Source: Candidatus Moanibacter sp.
GTDB taxonomy: Bacteria > Verrucomicrobiota > Verrucomicrobiia > Opitutales > UBA2987
Length of the DNA: 64,000 nucleotides
Assembly (NCBI GenBank): GCA_965215885.1
Contig: CBDCEW010000038.1
Span: 8,385-72,384, forward strand
Direction: 5' to 3'
A model generated the notes under the pieces. It was not told the origin of the DNA, made no database searches, and worked only from the letters and a program-made list of their open reading frames with translations. Each line of letters starts with the position of its first letter. Positions within the stretch are counted from its first letter, which is position 1. The position numbers were made by a program, and so were the translations under genes. Below, piece after piece: positions 19,845-29,682 of this stretch.

Positions 19845-20963
19845 ATGAAGCAAATACCAGGAATCGAAAAGCAGGTACTCGTCGCCTCGGACGAACTCTC
19901 GCCGAAGAACTCGGAAGGAAGTGCAATCACTCTCAAGGACGGACGCATTCTCTTCACATGGACACAGTTCTTCGACATCGAAAAAATGCCGGGCGAGAAG
20001 CGGCCACCTCATTCCGAACTGCGACGCTCGCCGCTGAGCGACGATGGCTACGCCGTGGTCAGCGGCATGATTTCGGATGACGATGGCAGGAATTGGTCGG
20101 AGCGCTTCACCGTGGCAGACGATCGCGATGCCTGCGTCAACACCATGTCGCCCTGCCTGACGCGCATGCAGGACGGACGCATTCTGCTCGCCTACAGTTG
20201 GCGCAATGGCGGTAATCACCAGGACAATTACGGTCCCTGCACGAAACGGGTGCGCATCTCGGAGGACGAAGGAAAATCCTGGTCGGATCCGACCGCCATC
20301 ACCTCTGACGAGTCTAGCTACCACACCGGCTGCCACGACCGTGCCTGGACGCTCCCCTCGGGGCGTGTGTTGGTGCAGTGCCACACCAATTCAAAGACCA
20401 ATTTCTTTCAAGGACGGTCACGAAAGTCGGTCTACGTTGCGTATTCGGATGACAACGGGCGCTCGTGGAAGCATTCCAATGAGCTCACCGAAGGACGTTC
20501 CCAAGGGTTTAACGAGGGCTGCATTGCGCCCCGACCGGACGGTTCCCTGCTCATCGTGATGCGCAGCTGGCTTGGCCATTCGTTTCTTGCCACATCCACC
20601 GATGACGGCGCGACCTGGTCGGCGGCGCGGCCATCCGGAGTCATCACGCCGGACGCCCCGACCTACCTCTGTCGTCTACCGGACAGCGACACGTTGTTGA
20701 TGGTCTGGAATTCGAACTGGAATCCAGACTGCAGCCACGACGTGACGCGTTGTCCTTTGCTCTGCGCTGCCAGCGAAGATGGAGGCGCAAGCTGGGGTCT
20801 CCCCAAGGCGATCGAGACCGATCCTGAACATGAGTGGGCCTACCCAGGGATTCTTTTTCACAAGGCTCACGCCCTGCTTCATTATTTCCGTTGTCCCCGG
20901 GAAAAACGCGGGCAACGGGAAATGATCTTGGCGCGGATTCCCATCGAGTGGTTTACGGAATGA
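19845..20963 (+). CDS. BNR/sialidase-family protein
   Basis: NSEGS and five Asp-boxes (SDDDGRNW, SEDEGKSW, SDDNGRSW, STDDGATW, SEDGGASW), AYP. Confidence 0.88.
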   Translation: MKQIPGIEKQVLVASDELSPKNSEGSAITLKDGRILFTWTQFFDIEKMPGEKRPPHSELRRSPLSDDGYAVVSGMISDDDGRNWSERFTVADDRDACVNTMSPCLTRMQDGRILLAYSWRNGGNHQDNYGPCTKRVRISEDEGKSWSDPTAITSDESSYHTGCHDRAWTLPSGRVLVQCHTNSKTNFFQGRSRKSVYVAYSDDNGRSWKHSNELTEGRSQGFNEGCIAPRPDGSLLIVMRSWLGHSFLATSTDDGATWSAARPSGVITPDAPTYLCRLPDSDTLLMVWNSNWNPDCSHDVTRCPLLCAASEDGGASWGLPKAIETDPEHEWAYPGILFHKAHALLHYFRCPREKRGQREMILARIPIEWFTE

Positions 20964-20983
20964 GGGAGATGAATGCGGTTTCG

Positions 20984-21835
20984 TTACTCTTTCACTCCGC
21001 CTATTTGAATCCCGGCCACAATCTGTTTCTGCATGACAATGAAAAGTATCATGAGGGGCAGGATGTACATTACGGTTGAGGCCATTAGAAGCTCGATCTG
21101 TTGGCCGTACTCGTTCAGGAAGCTCAGGAGACCGATGGGCAGGGTCCGAAGATGATCATCCTTAATCATGACCAAGGGCCAGAAGAGACTCCCGAAGTTC
21201 GATAGAGAAGTGAATATAGCCAAAGTAACGAGACCGGGTCGGGATAGGGGAAGAATGACATCGAAGAAGATGCGCAGGTGGCTGGCGCCGTCGATCTGTG
21301 CCGCTTCATCATAGGAAGGTGAAATCGTAAGCATAAACTGCCGGAGCAGGAATGTACCGAACGCGCTAAATGCATGAGGTAGAATCAGACCCGTGTAGGT
21401 GTTAACCAGACCTAAGGTCACCATGATCTGATAATTTGGCAGAATGAGGACAGGAAACGGGATCATCATGGTGGCCAGATAAAGCAGGAAAACCTGGTCC
21501 CGGCCCCGCCACTGAATGCGGGAAAATGCATAGGCGGCAAGAGCGCTGGTCAGCACCTGTAGCGTCGTCACCCAGGATGCCACGAAAATGCTGTTCAAGT
21601 ACCACCGGGGAAAATCCAGGTTCAATTTGCGGTCTGTGTAAGGGTCGGGCAGCAGGCGCAGGACGACGGCATAGTTAGTTGGCTGGGCTTGTTCCGGCAG
21701 CAGGTCGATGCGGTGAATCTCGTCACGCGGTTTTAAACTCGCACCTAACATCCAAAGAAACGGAAAGAGCATCGTAACGGCAAAGAAGATCATGCCGAAA
21801 TGCTTGAACAATGTCTTTATGTCTTCCCAAAGCAT
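20984..21835 (-). CDS. Carbohydrate ABC transporter permease (MalG-like)
   Basis: EAAQIDGA loop and six TM segments. Confidence 0.92.
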   Translation of the reverse strand: MLWEDIKTLFKHFGMIFFAVTMLFPFLWMLGASLKPRDEIHRIDLLPEQAQPTNYAVVLRLLPDPYTDRKLNLDFPRWYLNSIFVASWVTTLQVLTSALAAYAFSRIQWRGRDQVFLLYLATMMIPFPVLILPNYQIMVTLGLVNTYTGLILPHAFSAFGTFLLRQFMLTISPSYDEAAQIDGASHLRIFFDVILPLSRPGLVTLAIFTSLSNFGSLFWPLVMIKDDHLRTLPIGLLSFLNEYGQQIELLMASTVMYILPLMILFIVMQKQIVAGIQIGGVKE

Positions 21836-21836
21836 C

Positions 21837-22943
21837 TCAGTAGGAATATCCCTGCTTTCCGTACTTCCAGTTCACCAGCGTGAACGCGAAAATTACGGTG
21901 AAAAGAACCCAGGCTACCGCGGAACCGTATCCTAAATCTAGCCGCTCGAAACCCTGCTGGTAAATGTAATAGACCAGCGTGGTTGTGGTACCCGCGGGCC
22001 CGCCTTCCGTCATTAGCCGAACCTGTTCAAAACCTCCCTGGAGCCCACCGATGACGCCCATGACGAGGATAAAGAAAGTTACCGGAGCGAGTTGGGGAAT
22101 GGTAACATAGCGCAATTTCTGCCACCAGCCGGCGCCATCGATTTCGGCTGCTTCGTAAAGTTCCCTGGGTATGTTTGCGATTCCGGCGAGATAGAGAAGC
22201 ATCTGATTGCCTCCGAACCCGGCCCATAGTCCCATTAACATTATGGCTTCTCGAGCTCCCAACCCGAAGCCGCCGCTGTTGAAGTGGGGGGGAAAGGGCA
22301 GGAGGCCCAGTATGCTTTGAGTGCTTGACAACCAGCCCGGAGAATTAACTGTCCATCCTCCGAAATCGGCTGTCCGTTCAATGACTTGGTTGATAATTCC
22401 GAAGTTGGGATTATAGAGTTGCGACCACATCACCATCGTTGCTGCTCCCGCCGTGAAATGAGGCAAGTAGAAAACAGTGCGGTAGCAGATGGAACCGAAC
22501 CGAAACCCAAGCGCGCCGACCAAACCGAGTGCCCCCAGGAAATAACCGAGATTGGGCCGCCCGCCTAACACCATCAATCCCGATACAAATATCGTGATAA
22601 CAAGTGATGCCGCCGCCAATCTTCTGTTTCCACCGAACCCTCGAAGATTGAATTTGTCGCTCAGGAAGACAGCCAAAAGAAGCGATCCAATAATAGAAAC
22701 GGGAAGCGTGAGCATAAAGTAGAAGGTATTGTAAAAGTAGAAGAAGAAATGCTTGTCACTGAACAACCTCAGGTAGTTATCGAAACCAATTATCTCAAAA
22801 GGGACCGCCGGCGATAGACTCCAGGTCGTAAAGCTTCCCAGAAAGCTGATGATGATGGGAACAAAGGTGAATGCCAGGAACCCGAGGAAATTGGGCAGCA
22901 GAAAAGCAATGGCTATGCTCAGATTGCGGGTTCGGACGGTCAT
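21837..22943 (-). CDS. Carbohydrate ABC transporter permease (MalF-like)
   Basis: LYEAAEIDGAG, MTEGGPAG. ATGA overlap with the upstream binding-protein gene. Confidence 0.92.
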   Translation of the reverse strand: MTVRTRNLSIAIAFLLPNFLGFLAFTFVPIIISFLGSFTTWSLSPAVPFEIIGFDNYLRLFSDKHFFFYFYNTFYFMLTLPVSIIGSLLLAVFLSDKFNLRGFGGNRRLAAASLVITIFVSGLMVLGGRPNLGYFLGALGLVGALGFRFGSICYRTVFYLPHFTAGAATMVMWSQLYNPNFGIINQVIERTADFGGWTVNSPGWLSSTQSILGLLPFPPHFNSGGFGLGAREAIMLMGLWAGFGGNQMLLYLAGIANIPRELYEAAEIDGAGWWQKLRYVTIPQLAPVTFFILVMGVIGGLQGGFEQVRLMTEGGPAGTTTTLVYYIYQQGFERLDLGYGSAVAWVLFTVIFAFTLVNWKYGKQGYSY

Positions 22944-24364
22944 AACGTCCCGCCTTTGTTCAGAGTTTCGTAACGTTGCCGCAAAGCCGGGTCGCGTCGA
23001 ATGTTCAACTGGATGAGTTCCTCGCATTCGCGCTGAGCGATATCAAGGGCTTCACGAACATCCAAAGTGGGATCAAGCTCCAGTCGCGCCAATTGGGACT
23101 GAATTGCGCCGCCGACTTCCGAATCCAGCAGAAAAGGACTTTTTCGCGATTGGTGCCTATACTTCATCGCCCGCAGGTTCGCTGCATATACTTCCTGCTC
23201 CGATAATTCAGGTTCTCCCTCCTCCACACCGACCATCGCGTAGGCTGGATTGGGAGGGATAAAGTCCAGAGTCTGGTTAACGACGCGGCTGTAATCCTCG
23301 CTGGTGAGAAACCGCAAGAATTTCAGCGCCAGGTCTTTACGTGGACTCAATCTATTCACGACAAGTGACCTTGCCCGCAGATAGTAGGCGGGTACGTGGT
23401 CGCTGAACCGGGGCAATAGACACGCCCCCACTCGCAGGACTTCCGGTCTATCCTCTTCCTTTCGATTGGGATCATTCTGCCATCGGCTCAGTCGCTCTCT
23501 CTGATTTTTGACCACAATGCGGAAGTATCCCAGTGTGTCCCTCGGTCGAACCAGCATGGCGAACTTTCCATCCGCAAAAATCGACCTGTATGCCCCTCCC
23601 GCCTGGCTTTCCGTGACGAAGAAATCGAGTCTGCTCACTGGAAGCGTTACCCTGTGTTTGAACACCATATCCAAATGAGTCTGAACCGCCTTGATCATCT
23701 TTTCCCCGTTCACCAGCGGTCGAGTGCCGTCCTCCGAAAAGAACTCCCCTTTAAGGCTATAGAAAAATGTGCGCCAACTTGCAGTATCTATATAGCCATA
23801 GATTGAATCTTCAGGGCTATCCGTACTGCGGGTTACTCGTTTGGCTGTATCAATAAATTCATCCCAGGTCATGGCATCTTGAGGATAGGGCACGCCAAAC
23901 CGATCGAATATGTTCTTATTGTAGAAAAGAACATTGATCTGCAGAGAGAGAGGAAAGCCGTACTGAATGCCGTCGACCACGCATTCCTCCTCAATTCCCG
24001 GCCAGACATTCTGGCTTAAATCGAAGCCGAATTTCTCTGTGTAATAGCTGAGATCCAAGCAAACGCCACTCGCCGCGACCATTTGCAATATTGCCCCAGT
24101 GTTGACCTCGAAGATGTCGGTTCCCACACCGCTGCTGGCCTGAAGGACGATGCGACGGAAATCGAAATTGGCGTGGTCGTGAACCACCACAAAGTCGTGG
24201 TTCTTCTGGTTGATGATCTTGATCTGTTCGAGGCGCGGATAATTGTTTCCCGCCGTCCAGATCAGCGGTTCCTTGCCACCGTAGTCCTCAACCGGAATCG
24301 TCAACTGGAGGTAAGCAGCGAAGGCGACCAGAAGGATCAGAATGGTGGACCAGAATCTTGCCAT
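22940..24364 (-). CDS. ABC transporter sugar-binding protein
   Basis: N-terminal TM, LFYNKNIFDRFGVPYP, TWDEF, FADGKFAM. Confidence 0.88.
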   Translation of the reverse strand: MARFWSTILILLVAFAAYLQLTIPVEDYGGKEPLIWTAGNNYPRLEQIKIINQKNHDFVVVHDHANFDFRRIVLQASSGVGTDIFEVNTGAILQMVAASGVCLDLSYYTEKFGFDLSQNVWPGIEEECVVDGIQYGFPLSLQINVLFYNKNIFDRFGVPYPQDAMTWDEFIDTAKRVTRSTDSPEDSIYGYIDTASWRTFFYSLKGEFFSEDGTRPLVNGEKMIKAVQTHLDMVFKHRVTLPVSRLDFFVTESQAGGAYRSIFADGKFAMLVRPRDTLGYFRIVVKNQRERLSRWQNDPNRKEEDRPEVLRVGACLLPRFSDHVPAYYLRARSLVVNRLSPRKDLALKFLRFLTSEDYSRVVNQTLDFIPPNPAYAMVGVEEGEPELSEQEVYAANLRAMKYRHQSRKSPFLLDSEVGGAIQSQLARLELDPTLDVREALDIAQRECEELIQLNIRRDPALRQRYETLNKGGTL

Positions 24365-24541
24365 CAGAAGTCAGTCGGTCATGCATAGATAGTTACCGAG
24401 AAAGTGGTCGGTGACGCCATGATGTCAGCTTAGCGTCTTTTTGAAGAAATCAATCTGTCGCTTGCTTGATCGCCCAAACTCCAACTTCTTCACTTTCATT
24501 AACTTCCTCTCAAATGCCCGGCATCTAAGCCCGACAGTTTG

Positions 24542-25795
24542 CTAGGGTTCAGTGAACGTGCCGGGTTCGGCTGGCGCTCGTCGGTGGTAATCACGCATCG
24601 CATAGAACCAGGAGAGTGGGAGCACGGCCATGTACTGTTGGTCCCGCGGGACGCCGTCGACCAGGGCTCCCGCCCAATAGCCGAGATAGACTCTTTCTTC
24701 GTCGATCAGAATCGAGGGATAGCAGACCTTGACTTGAAGACCGGTTTCAGAGGGTGGGTCAGGAGGCGCGATGGACTCGATGTCGCGAACGTATTTCCAA
24801 GTCAGGCCATCGTCCTCGCTGATGGCGCTCGAGAGCGTGAGCCGGTGGCCGTTCATGGTGTGGCGGTTATCGACGCAGCAGCGGTTCCAGATAAGAAGGA
24901 GGTCGTCGCTGCCGGGCACAGTTACGACGTTGGCCGGGGTCGCCGCGGAGGGCAGTGCGGAACGCTTTGGCCGGGCCCAGGTTTCCCCTTGGTCATTGGA
25001 TTCGCACGTATACAACCAGCCGGCAGAGGTGCGTCCGATCATAAACAGAGAACCGTTTGCCCGTTCCGCAACCGCTACCTCGTGGAAGTTGGATTTTAGG
25101 TGTCCGCGGTAACCGGGTATGAGGTCGGTCACTTCGAGAAACTGCTCGCCAAGTTGCCAGGTAAGCCCGTTGTCGTCCGATCTGGCAACTTTCGTCAGGC
25201 TGATATCGGGATGCTTGTCGGGGTGGGTATGAAGAGGTTGGATGAGGCGCCCTGAAGAGAGAACGAGGAGCCGGTCGTGGGCGCTGGTCCAATAGCCACC
25301 GGTGGGCGAGATGACAATCTCATCAGACCAGGTTTTGCCTTCGTCTGTGGAATATCGAAAGATCTTGTTTGCGGTCCTGACTGAACTGAGCCAATCGGAA
25401 CGGTTCATCTCCTCTACCGAAACCGTATCGATGCGCTGGTAAGTCGCGCCGAGTTGACCGTTCGGTAGGCGGCGGATCGCCGGGTGGGAGGCGTTCATCC
25501 CGGTGTTGCTTTCGAAGAGAGTCTCTGGCGCGCTCCAGCTGCGTCCACCGTCCTTGGATTCCACCTTGGCGATAACGGTGGGTACGTAGTGGGCGTGGAA
25601 GCGCTTCATATCCGGGATGCGGGAGCGTTGGTTAAACGCATGCCAAAGGGTAGCGTCTTTGAGTTTTACGGTAGTGCCTTCGGACTGGAACGGATGCTCG
25701 TCGTCTGCGGGACCAACGGCGATGCCCCGGAGGCCGCCAAGCACCCAGGCGACCGAATCAAACTCGTAAGGGATTGGTTCTTGCGAGGTATTCAT
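24542..25795 (-). CDS. BNR/sialidase-family protein
   Basis: Five Asp-boxes (SKDGGRSW, STDEGKTW, SDDNGLTW, SNDQGETW, SEDDGLTW), CYP. Confidence 0.88.
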   Translation of the reverse strand: MNTSQEPIPYEFDSVAWVLGGLRGIAVGPADDEHPFQSEGTTVKLKDATLWHAFNQRSRIPDMKRFHAHYVPTVIAKVESKDGGRSWSAPETLFESNTGMNASHPAIRRLPNGQLGATYQRIDTVSVEEMNRSDWLSSVRTANKIFRYSTDEGKTWSDEIVISPTGGYWTSAHDRLLVLSSGRLIQPLHTHPDKHPDISLTKVARSDDNGLTWQLGEQFLEVTDLIPGYRGHLKSNFHEVAVAERANGSLFMIGRTSAGWLYTCESNDQGETWARPKRSALPSAATPANVVTVPGSDDLLLIWNRCCVDNRHTMNGHRLTLSSAISEDDGLTWKYVRDIESIAPPDPPSETGLQVKVCYPSILIDEERVYLGYWAGALVDGVPRDQQYMAVLPLSWFYAMRDYHRRAPAEPGTFTEP

Positions 25796-26176
25796 CCTTA
25801 TTGAAATCAATTGATAAGAAATCGCTTTTCGGGCGATACGGACGCGCACCCGTTGAGACCGGTCTGAAGAAGTGCTTTCATCATTCAGCGTATGCCGGAA
25901 CGACAGCGGAAACGCAAGAACGATGTCGAAGGCCCCTCTGGGGAGTCCGGGGCATGCCCTGGAATTCCCAGAGGGAGCGCGGTTTGCCCGCGTAGAGGCT
26001 AAGGCATCACTTCTCCTTCTTCGCCCAGCGGGCCTTCATCCGTTTCATCTCGCTGTTGGGCTCGATCCTTGGTGCGGGACACTGATTTCGTCGGGTGTCG
26101 AGCTAATGCCCCTGGTGCTATCTCTTCGTTGGATTTCGTTTAGACCTGCAGTATTATCGGGGTGGAAGTGGGTGCC

Positions 26177-27013
26177 TCAAGGCGCTACGGCTTCGGCGCC
26201 GAAGTGTTCCTCGATCCAGGCTTTGAGGGGAACATCCTCATCGGAGGGACTGGTATATCCGAAACCGCCCCTGCTGCTGGCGCCGAGCAATTGCCGGCGG
26301 ATGGGGTCGCAGTGGTCCATGAGATGAGCGACGGTCATGAGGCCCCGGGGGCGGAGCCACCGGTAGCTGTAACCGTAAAAGAGCACTTTCCGCGTGCGCT
26401 TCGAGTGATTTGGGGTTCCCTTGTGCCAGAGGCGCCGATCGAAGAAAACGGCGGTCCCCGGCGGGACACGTATTTCGATGGAATCGCTGGGTTCGGAGTC
26501 GGAACCCGCGGGAGTGGGCAGCGTATTCCACAGGTGGCTTCCCGGAATGACGGTAAGATTACCGCAACCGGGTTCGGTGGTATCTGTGAGAAAGTAAGCA
26601 CCCTTGAGGGAGACGCGGGGCCGCGGATCGCCCTCGAGTTCTTGATTGAGGCGGCCGGTATCCTGGTGCCAGCGGGCACTTATTCTCTCTGACCGGGTAT
26701 CTTTGTCGCTAGGCGGTGTGATGATGAGATGGATATGGTATAACTGGATATTCCAGCCGAGGATACTCCATACCTTGGGGAACGTCTTCGGCCAGTCGAG
26801 GAGCTCGAGAAAGCAATCGTTTTTCCCGATAAAATCGAAGTCACCGACGTAGTCGTTTTCTCCTAATTCGTGCGCCGAACGGTACTCTCTGCCGATGATA
26901 TCGACCGCCTTCGTCAGGGCTGCCACCCGTTCATCGGAGAGAGCGTCTTCGACAATGAGGTAACCGTCCGTTTCAAAGTGATTGCGTTCCTCTTCCGTGA
27001 GGCGGTATTTCAT
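26177..27013 (-). CDS. Phytanoyl-CoA dioxygenase (PhyH) family protein
   Basis: FETDGYL, WHQD, VIPGSH, LWH...N...R motifs. Confidence 0.9.
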   Translation of the reverse strand: MKYRLTEEERNHFETDGYLIVEDALSDERVAALTKAVDIIGREYRSAHELGENDYVGDFDFIGKNDCFLELLDWPKTFPKVWSILGWNIQLYHIHLIITPPSDKDTRSERISARWHQDTGRLNQELEGDPRPRVSLKGAYFLTDTTEPGCGNLTVIPGSHLWNTLPTPAGSDSEPSDSIEIRVPPGTAVFFDRRLWHKGTPNHSKRTRKVLFYGYSYRWLRPRGLMTVAHLMDHCDPIRRQLLGASSRGGFGYTSPSDEDVPLKAWIEEHFGAEAVAP

Positions 27014-27020
27014 GCAACTA

Positions 27021-27295
27021 AGTACTCGAACTCGTAAATACGGTGACGTATGCCGAGGCGATTTTGGATGCTGGGGGAGGCGGTCGAGTCGTGCCAGGCC
27101 CGGAGGCCTTGCGCGACTCGACCAACGCTGCCCAGCGCCAAAAACGCCCGGTCCCAAAGCGATGGGGCGGCATTGGGGGTATTGCGGCGTTGCGCCGACG
27201 AGGAGAGCCCTTCAGGGCTGTCCATCGCCGGCGCGCCTTGCTATACCCCCAATGGCGCTCCCACATACGTGACCGTATTTACGAGTTCGAGTACT
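27021..27295. mobile_element. MITE-like element with 32-bp terminal inverted repeats
   Basis: AGTACTCGAACTCGTAAATACGGTGACGTATG and reverse complement (1 mismatch). No coding capacity. Confidence 0.75.
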
Positions 27296-27378
27296 AAGGT
27301 TCAATGAGGCAAACCGGTTCGAGAGGCGCCGTCAACGCGTTTTCGATGACCAATTGTGGGTGTCCTGAAATTCCCATT

Positions 27379-27729
27379 TCACTCCTTAAAAACCCAGTAG
27401 ATATCGACTTCAAATGCCGGTTTTTCGTCTTCGGGCCCCCCACTCACCTCTCCCACCAGGCGCAGCCAGTTGCCGAACTTCTCCAGGCACAGGTGGTAAC
27501 CGCCCGGCTGCGCAATCGTTTCGAATTCCCGTCCCAAGTCCATCCACCGGGCTCCATCAACTGAAATCTGAGCTTTGACCCGAAGCTCTGGAGAGGGCCC
27601 GTGAACCGAATGCACATAGATCATGGCAAGCGTTTCTGAAGCCCACCCGGCTTCGTGCGGTTCCGTTTCGAAGGTGCCGTTGGACTTGAGCGAAAACAAC
27701 TCCACCGGCGCGGTATGTATGCGTCTCAT
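27379..27729 (-). CDS. Conserved hypothetical protein (116 aa, beta-rich)
   Basis: Clean ORF with TEPHEAGWASE, QISVDG..W and FGNWLRL segments. RBS-like GGAG upstream. Confidence 0.7.
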   Translation of the reverse strand: MRRIHTAPVELFSLKSNGTFETEPHEAGWASETLAMIYVHSVHGPSPELRVKAQISVDGARWMDLGREFETIAQPGGYHLCLEKFGNWLRLVGEVSGGPEDEKPAFEVDIYWVFKE

Positions 27730-27807
27730 TTATCTGACTCTCCCATCATACCAGTTCGTTCACTACCGAGCGAATGTGAGATATTTCAATTCCAGAAACG
27801 ATGTGGG

Positions 27808-28125
27808 TTAACTGACCTTAGTCGCGGACACGACGACCGAATCCAGGTAGAGAAAACACCTCCGGTCCGATTCCGCCGTTATTCGGAAACTGGGGAAAAT
27901 CAACCCGGAACACCTGTCCGTGCTGGCCCGCCACTCCCATCCATGTTCTTTGATGACCGGGTCCTCCGGATCCCAGATCTTGATCTTCTGTCCGGCTACG
28001 TTGAATTCCTGCCCATAGCAGTAGGTCTGCCAGCCTTGCATGCCATTTTCAAAATCGTGGGCCAACAGAATTCGTTCGAGCGGATCGTATTTTCCTAAGA
28101 GCGGATCTTTCGTGTGGAAGTCCAT
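27808..28125 (-). pseudogene. Internally deleted paralog of 29683-30597 (DUF6772-like)
   Basis: N-terminal LGKYDPLE...GWQTY is joined directly to C-terminal CYGQEFNVAG...FLYLDSVVVSA. Confidence 0.75.
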
Positions 28126-28187
28126 TGCTTGTCCTATAGGCTGATCGGTCTTCCCCTATGTTGCCAAGGTTATTATCAAGTTCAAGA

Positions 28188-29506
28188 CACTACTGTCCGG
28201 TTGTTTTTCTAGGAACGCAGGTTAATCGATTGATAACCAACATTTTACATATGATTTCTGCTGTTTTCGACTTGAAATTGCAAAAAGCCTTGTGGACTCT
28301 CAAAAATTTCGAGGGTCCAAATCATGTATACAGGTCGATTCGTTTTTTCTCAAATCATAGATTATCTTCCGCGCCATCAGTTCCATCGTTGCGTCCAACG
28401 CTACGGAGGCGACTACAAAGTTCAAAAGTTCAGTTGCTTCGAACAATTTCTCTGCATGGGTTTTGCCGAGTTGACCTACCGGGAGAGTCTGCGCGACATC
28501 GAAACCTGCCTGCGGGCAGTACAACCAAAACTATACCACGCAGGGCTTCGAAGCGGAGTATCCAAAAGCACGCTCGCCGATGCCAACGAGAAACGAGACT
28601 GGCGCATCTACGCCGACTTTGCACAGGTCCTCATCGCAATGGCTCGTCCTTTGTATTCAAACGAGGATCTGGGCATCGACCTGGACAATACGCTCTACGC
28701 TCTGGACTCCACCACGATCGATCTATGTCTATCACTCTTCCCGTGGGCACGTTTCCGCAAGCACAAGGGGGCGGTGAAGGTCCATACGCTTCTCGATCTC
28801 AGAGGCTCTATCCCTTATTTTATCGAGATTACCGATGGAAAAGTTCACGACGTAAACATTCTGGATCTCATCATCCCCGAGGCCGGTGCTTACTATGTAA
28901 TGGACCGAGCCTATCTGCATTACGAGCGCCTCTATCGGATCGCACAATGCGGTTCTTTCTTCGTCACACGCGCCCGCCGCGGCTTTCAGTTTCGCCGCCT
29001 CTACTCTCAAAAGGTCGACAAATCAACCGGTCTGCGTTCGGACCAGACCGTTGCCCTGGTCAGCTTCTATCCTGCCAAGGCCTACCCCGAAAGACTCCGG
29101 CGTATCACTTACCTCGACCCCGACAGTTCCGAGCGCTTCGTGTTTCTCACCAACCAGTTTGCCCTCCCAGCCATAATCATCACCCAGATTTACCGTTTAC
29201 GCTGGCAGATCGAATTGTTCTTCAAATGGATCAAACAGCACTTGCGCAGCAAGAGCTTTTTCGGCACCTCCGAGAATGCTGTGAAGACTCAAATCTGGAT
29301 TGCCGTCAGCGTCTATGTGCTCATCGCCATCATCCGCAAACGCCTTCGCCTGGAGATCAGTTTGCACAAAATCCTACAGATTCTCAGCTTCACCCTATTT
29401 GAGAAAACTCCTATGACTGAACTACTTACAGAAACCGATTACACTTTCAATGAACACCGCATTCCTAAACAGTTGGAGTTGTTTGACTTATAACCGGACA
29501 GTACTG
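28188..29506 (+). mobile_element. IS4-family element, copy 2
   Basis: 15-bp TIRs. Imperfect 9-bp flanking repeat AGTTCAAGA / AGTTAAAGA. Confidence 0.93.
28324..29493 (+). CDS. IS4-family transposase (DUF4372-type N-terminus)
   Basis: LDSTTIDL, MDRAY, YRLRWQIELFFKWIKQ (YREK motif). Confidence 0.93.
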   Translation: MYTGRFVFSQIIDYLPRHQFHRCVQRYGGDYKVQKFSCFEQFLCMGFAELTYRESLRDIETCLRAVQPKLYHAGLRSGVSKSTLADANEKRDWRIYADFAQVLIAMARPLYSNEDLGIDLDNTLYALDSTTIDLCLSLFPWARFRKHKGAVKVHTLLDLRGSIPYFIEITDGKVHDVNILDLIIPEAGAYYVMDRAYLHYERLYRIAQCGSFFVTRARRGFQFRRLYSQKVDKSTGLRSDQTVALVSFYPAKAYPERLRRITYLDPDSSERFVFLTNQFALPAIIITQIYRLRWQIELFFKWIKQHLRSKSFFGTSENAVKTQIWIAVSVYVLIAIIRKRLRLEISLHKILQILSFTLFEKTPMTELLTETDYTFNEHRIPKQLELFDL

Positions 29507-29682
29507 AGTTAAAGAAGGTAAAGAAAGGTAATCGACAACACTCTTTCTTGCCTCGGTATCGCTCCCCGTGGGCGGAGCGAAGAGACCGGCCTGCTCTCGT
29601 CTCAATTTTTGTCGTGCCTGGTACCATAAAATGATGCATATTCGGAATCAACGAACCTGCAGATAGGAAGATTCCGAATACA

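Noticed and set aside
12177..29506. Composite transposon or inversion bounded by the two inverted IS4 copies
   Set aside because: Copy 2 has its own 9-bp flanking repeat and the outer flanks do not match, which indicates independent insertions.
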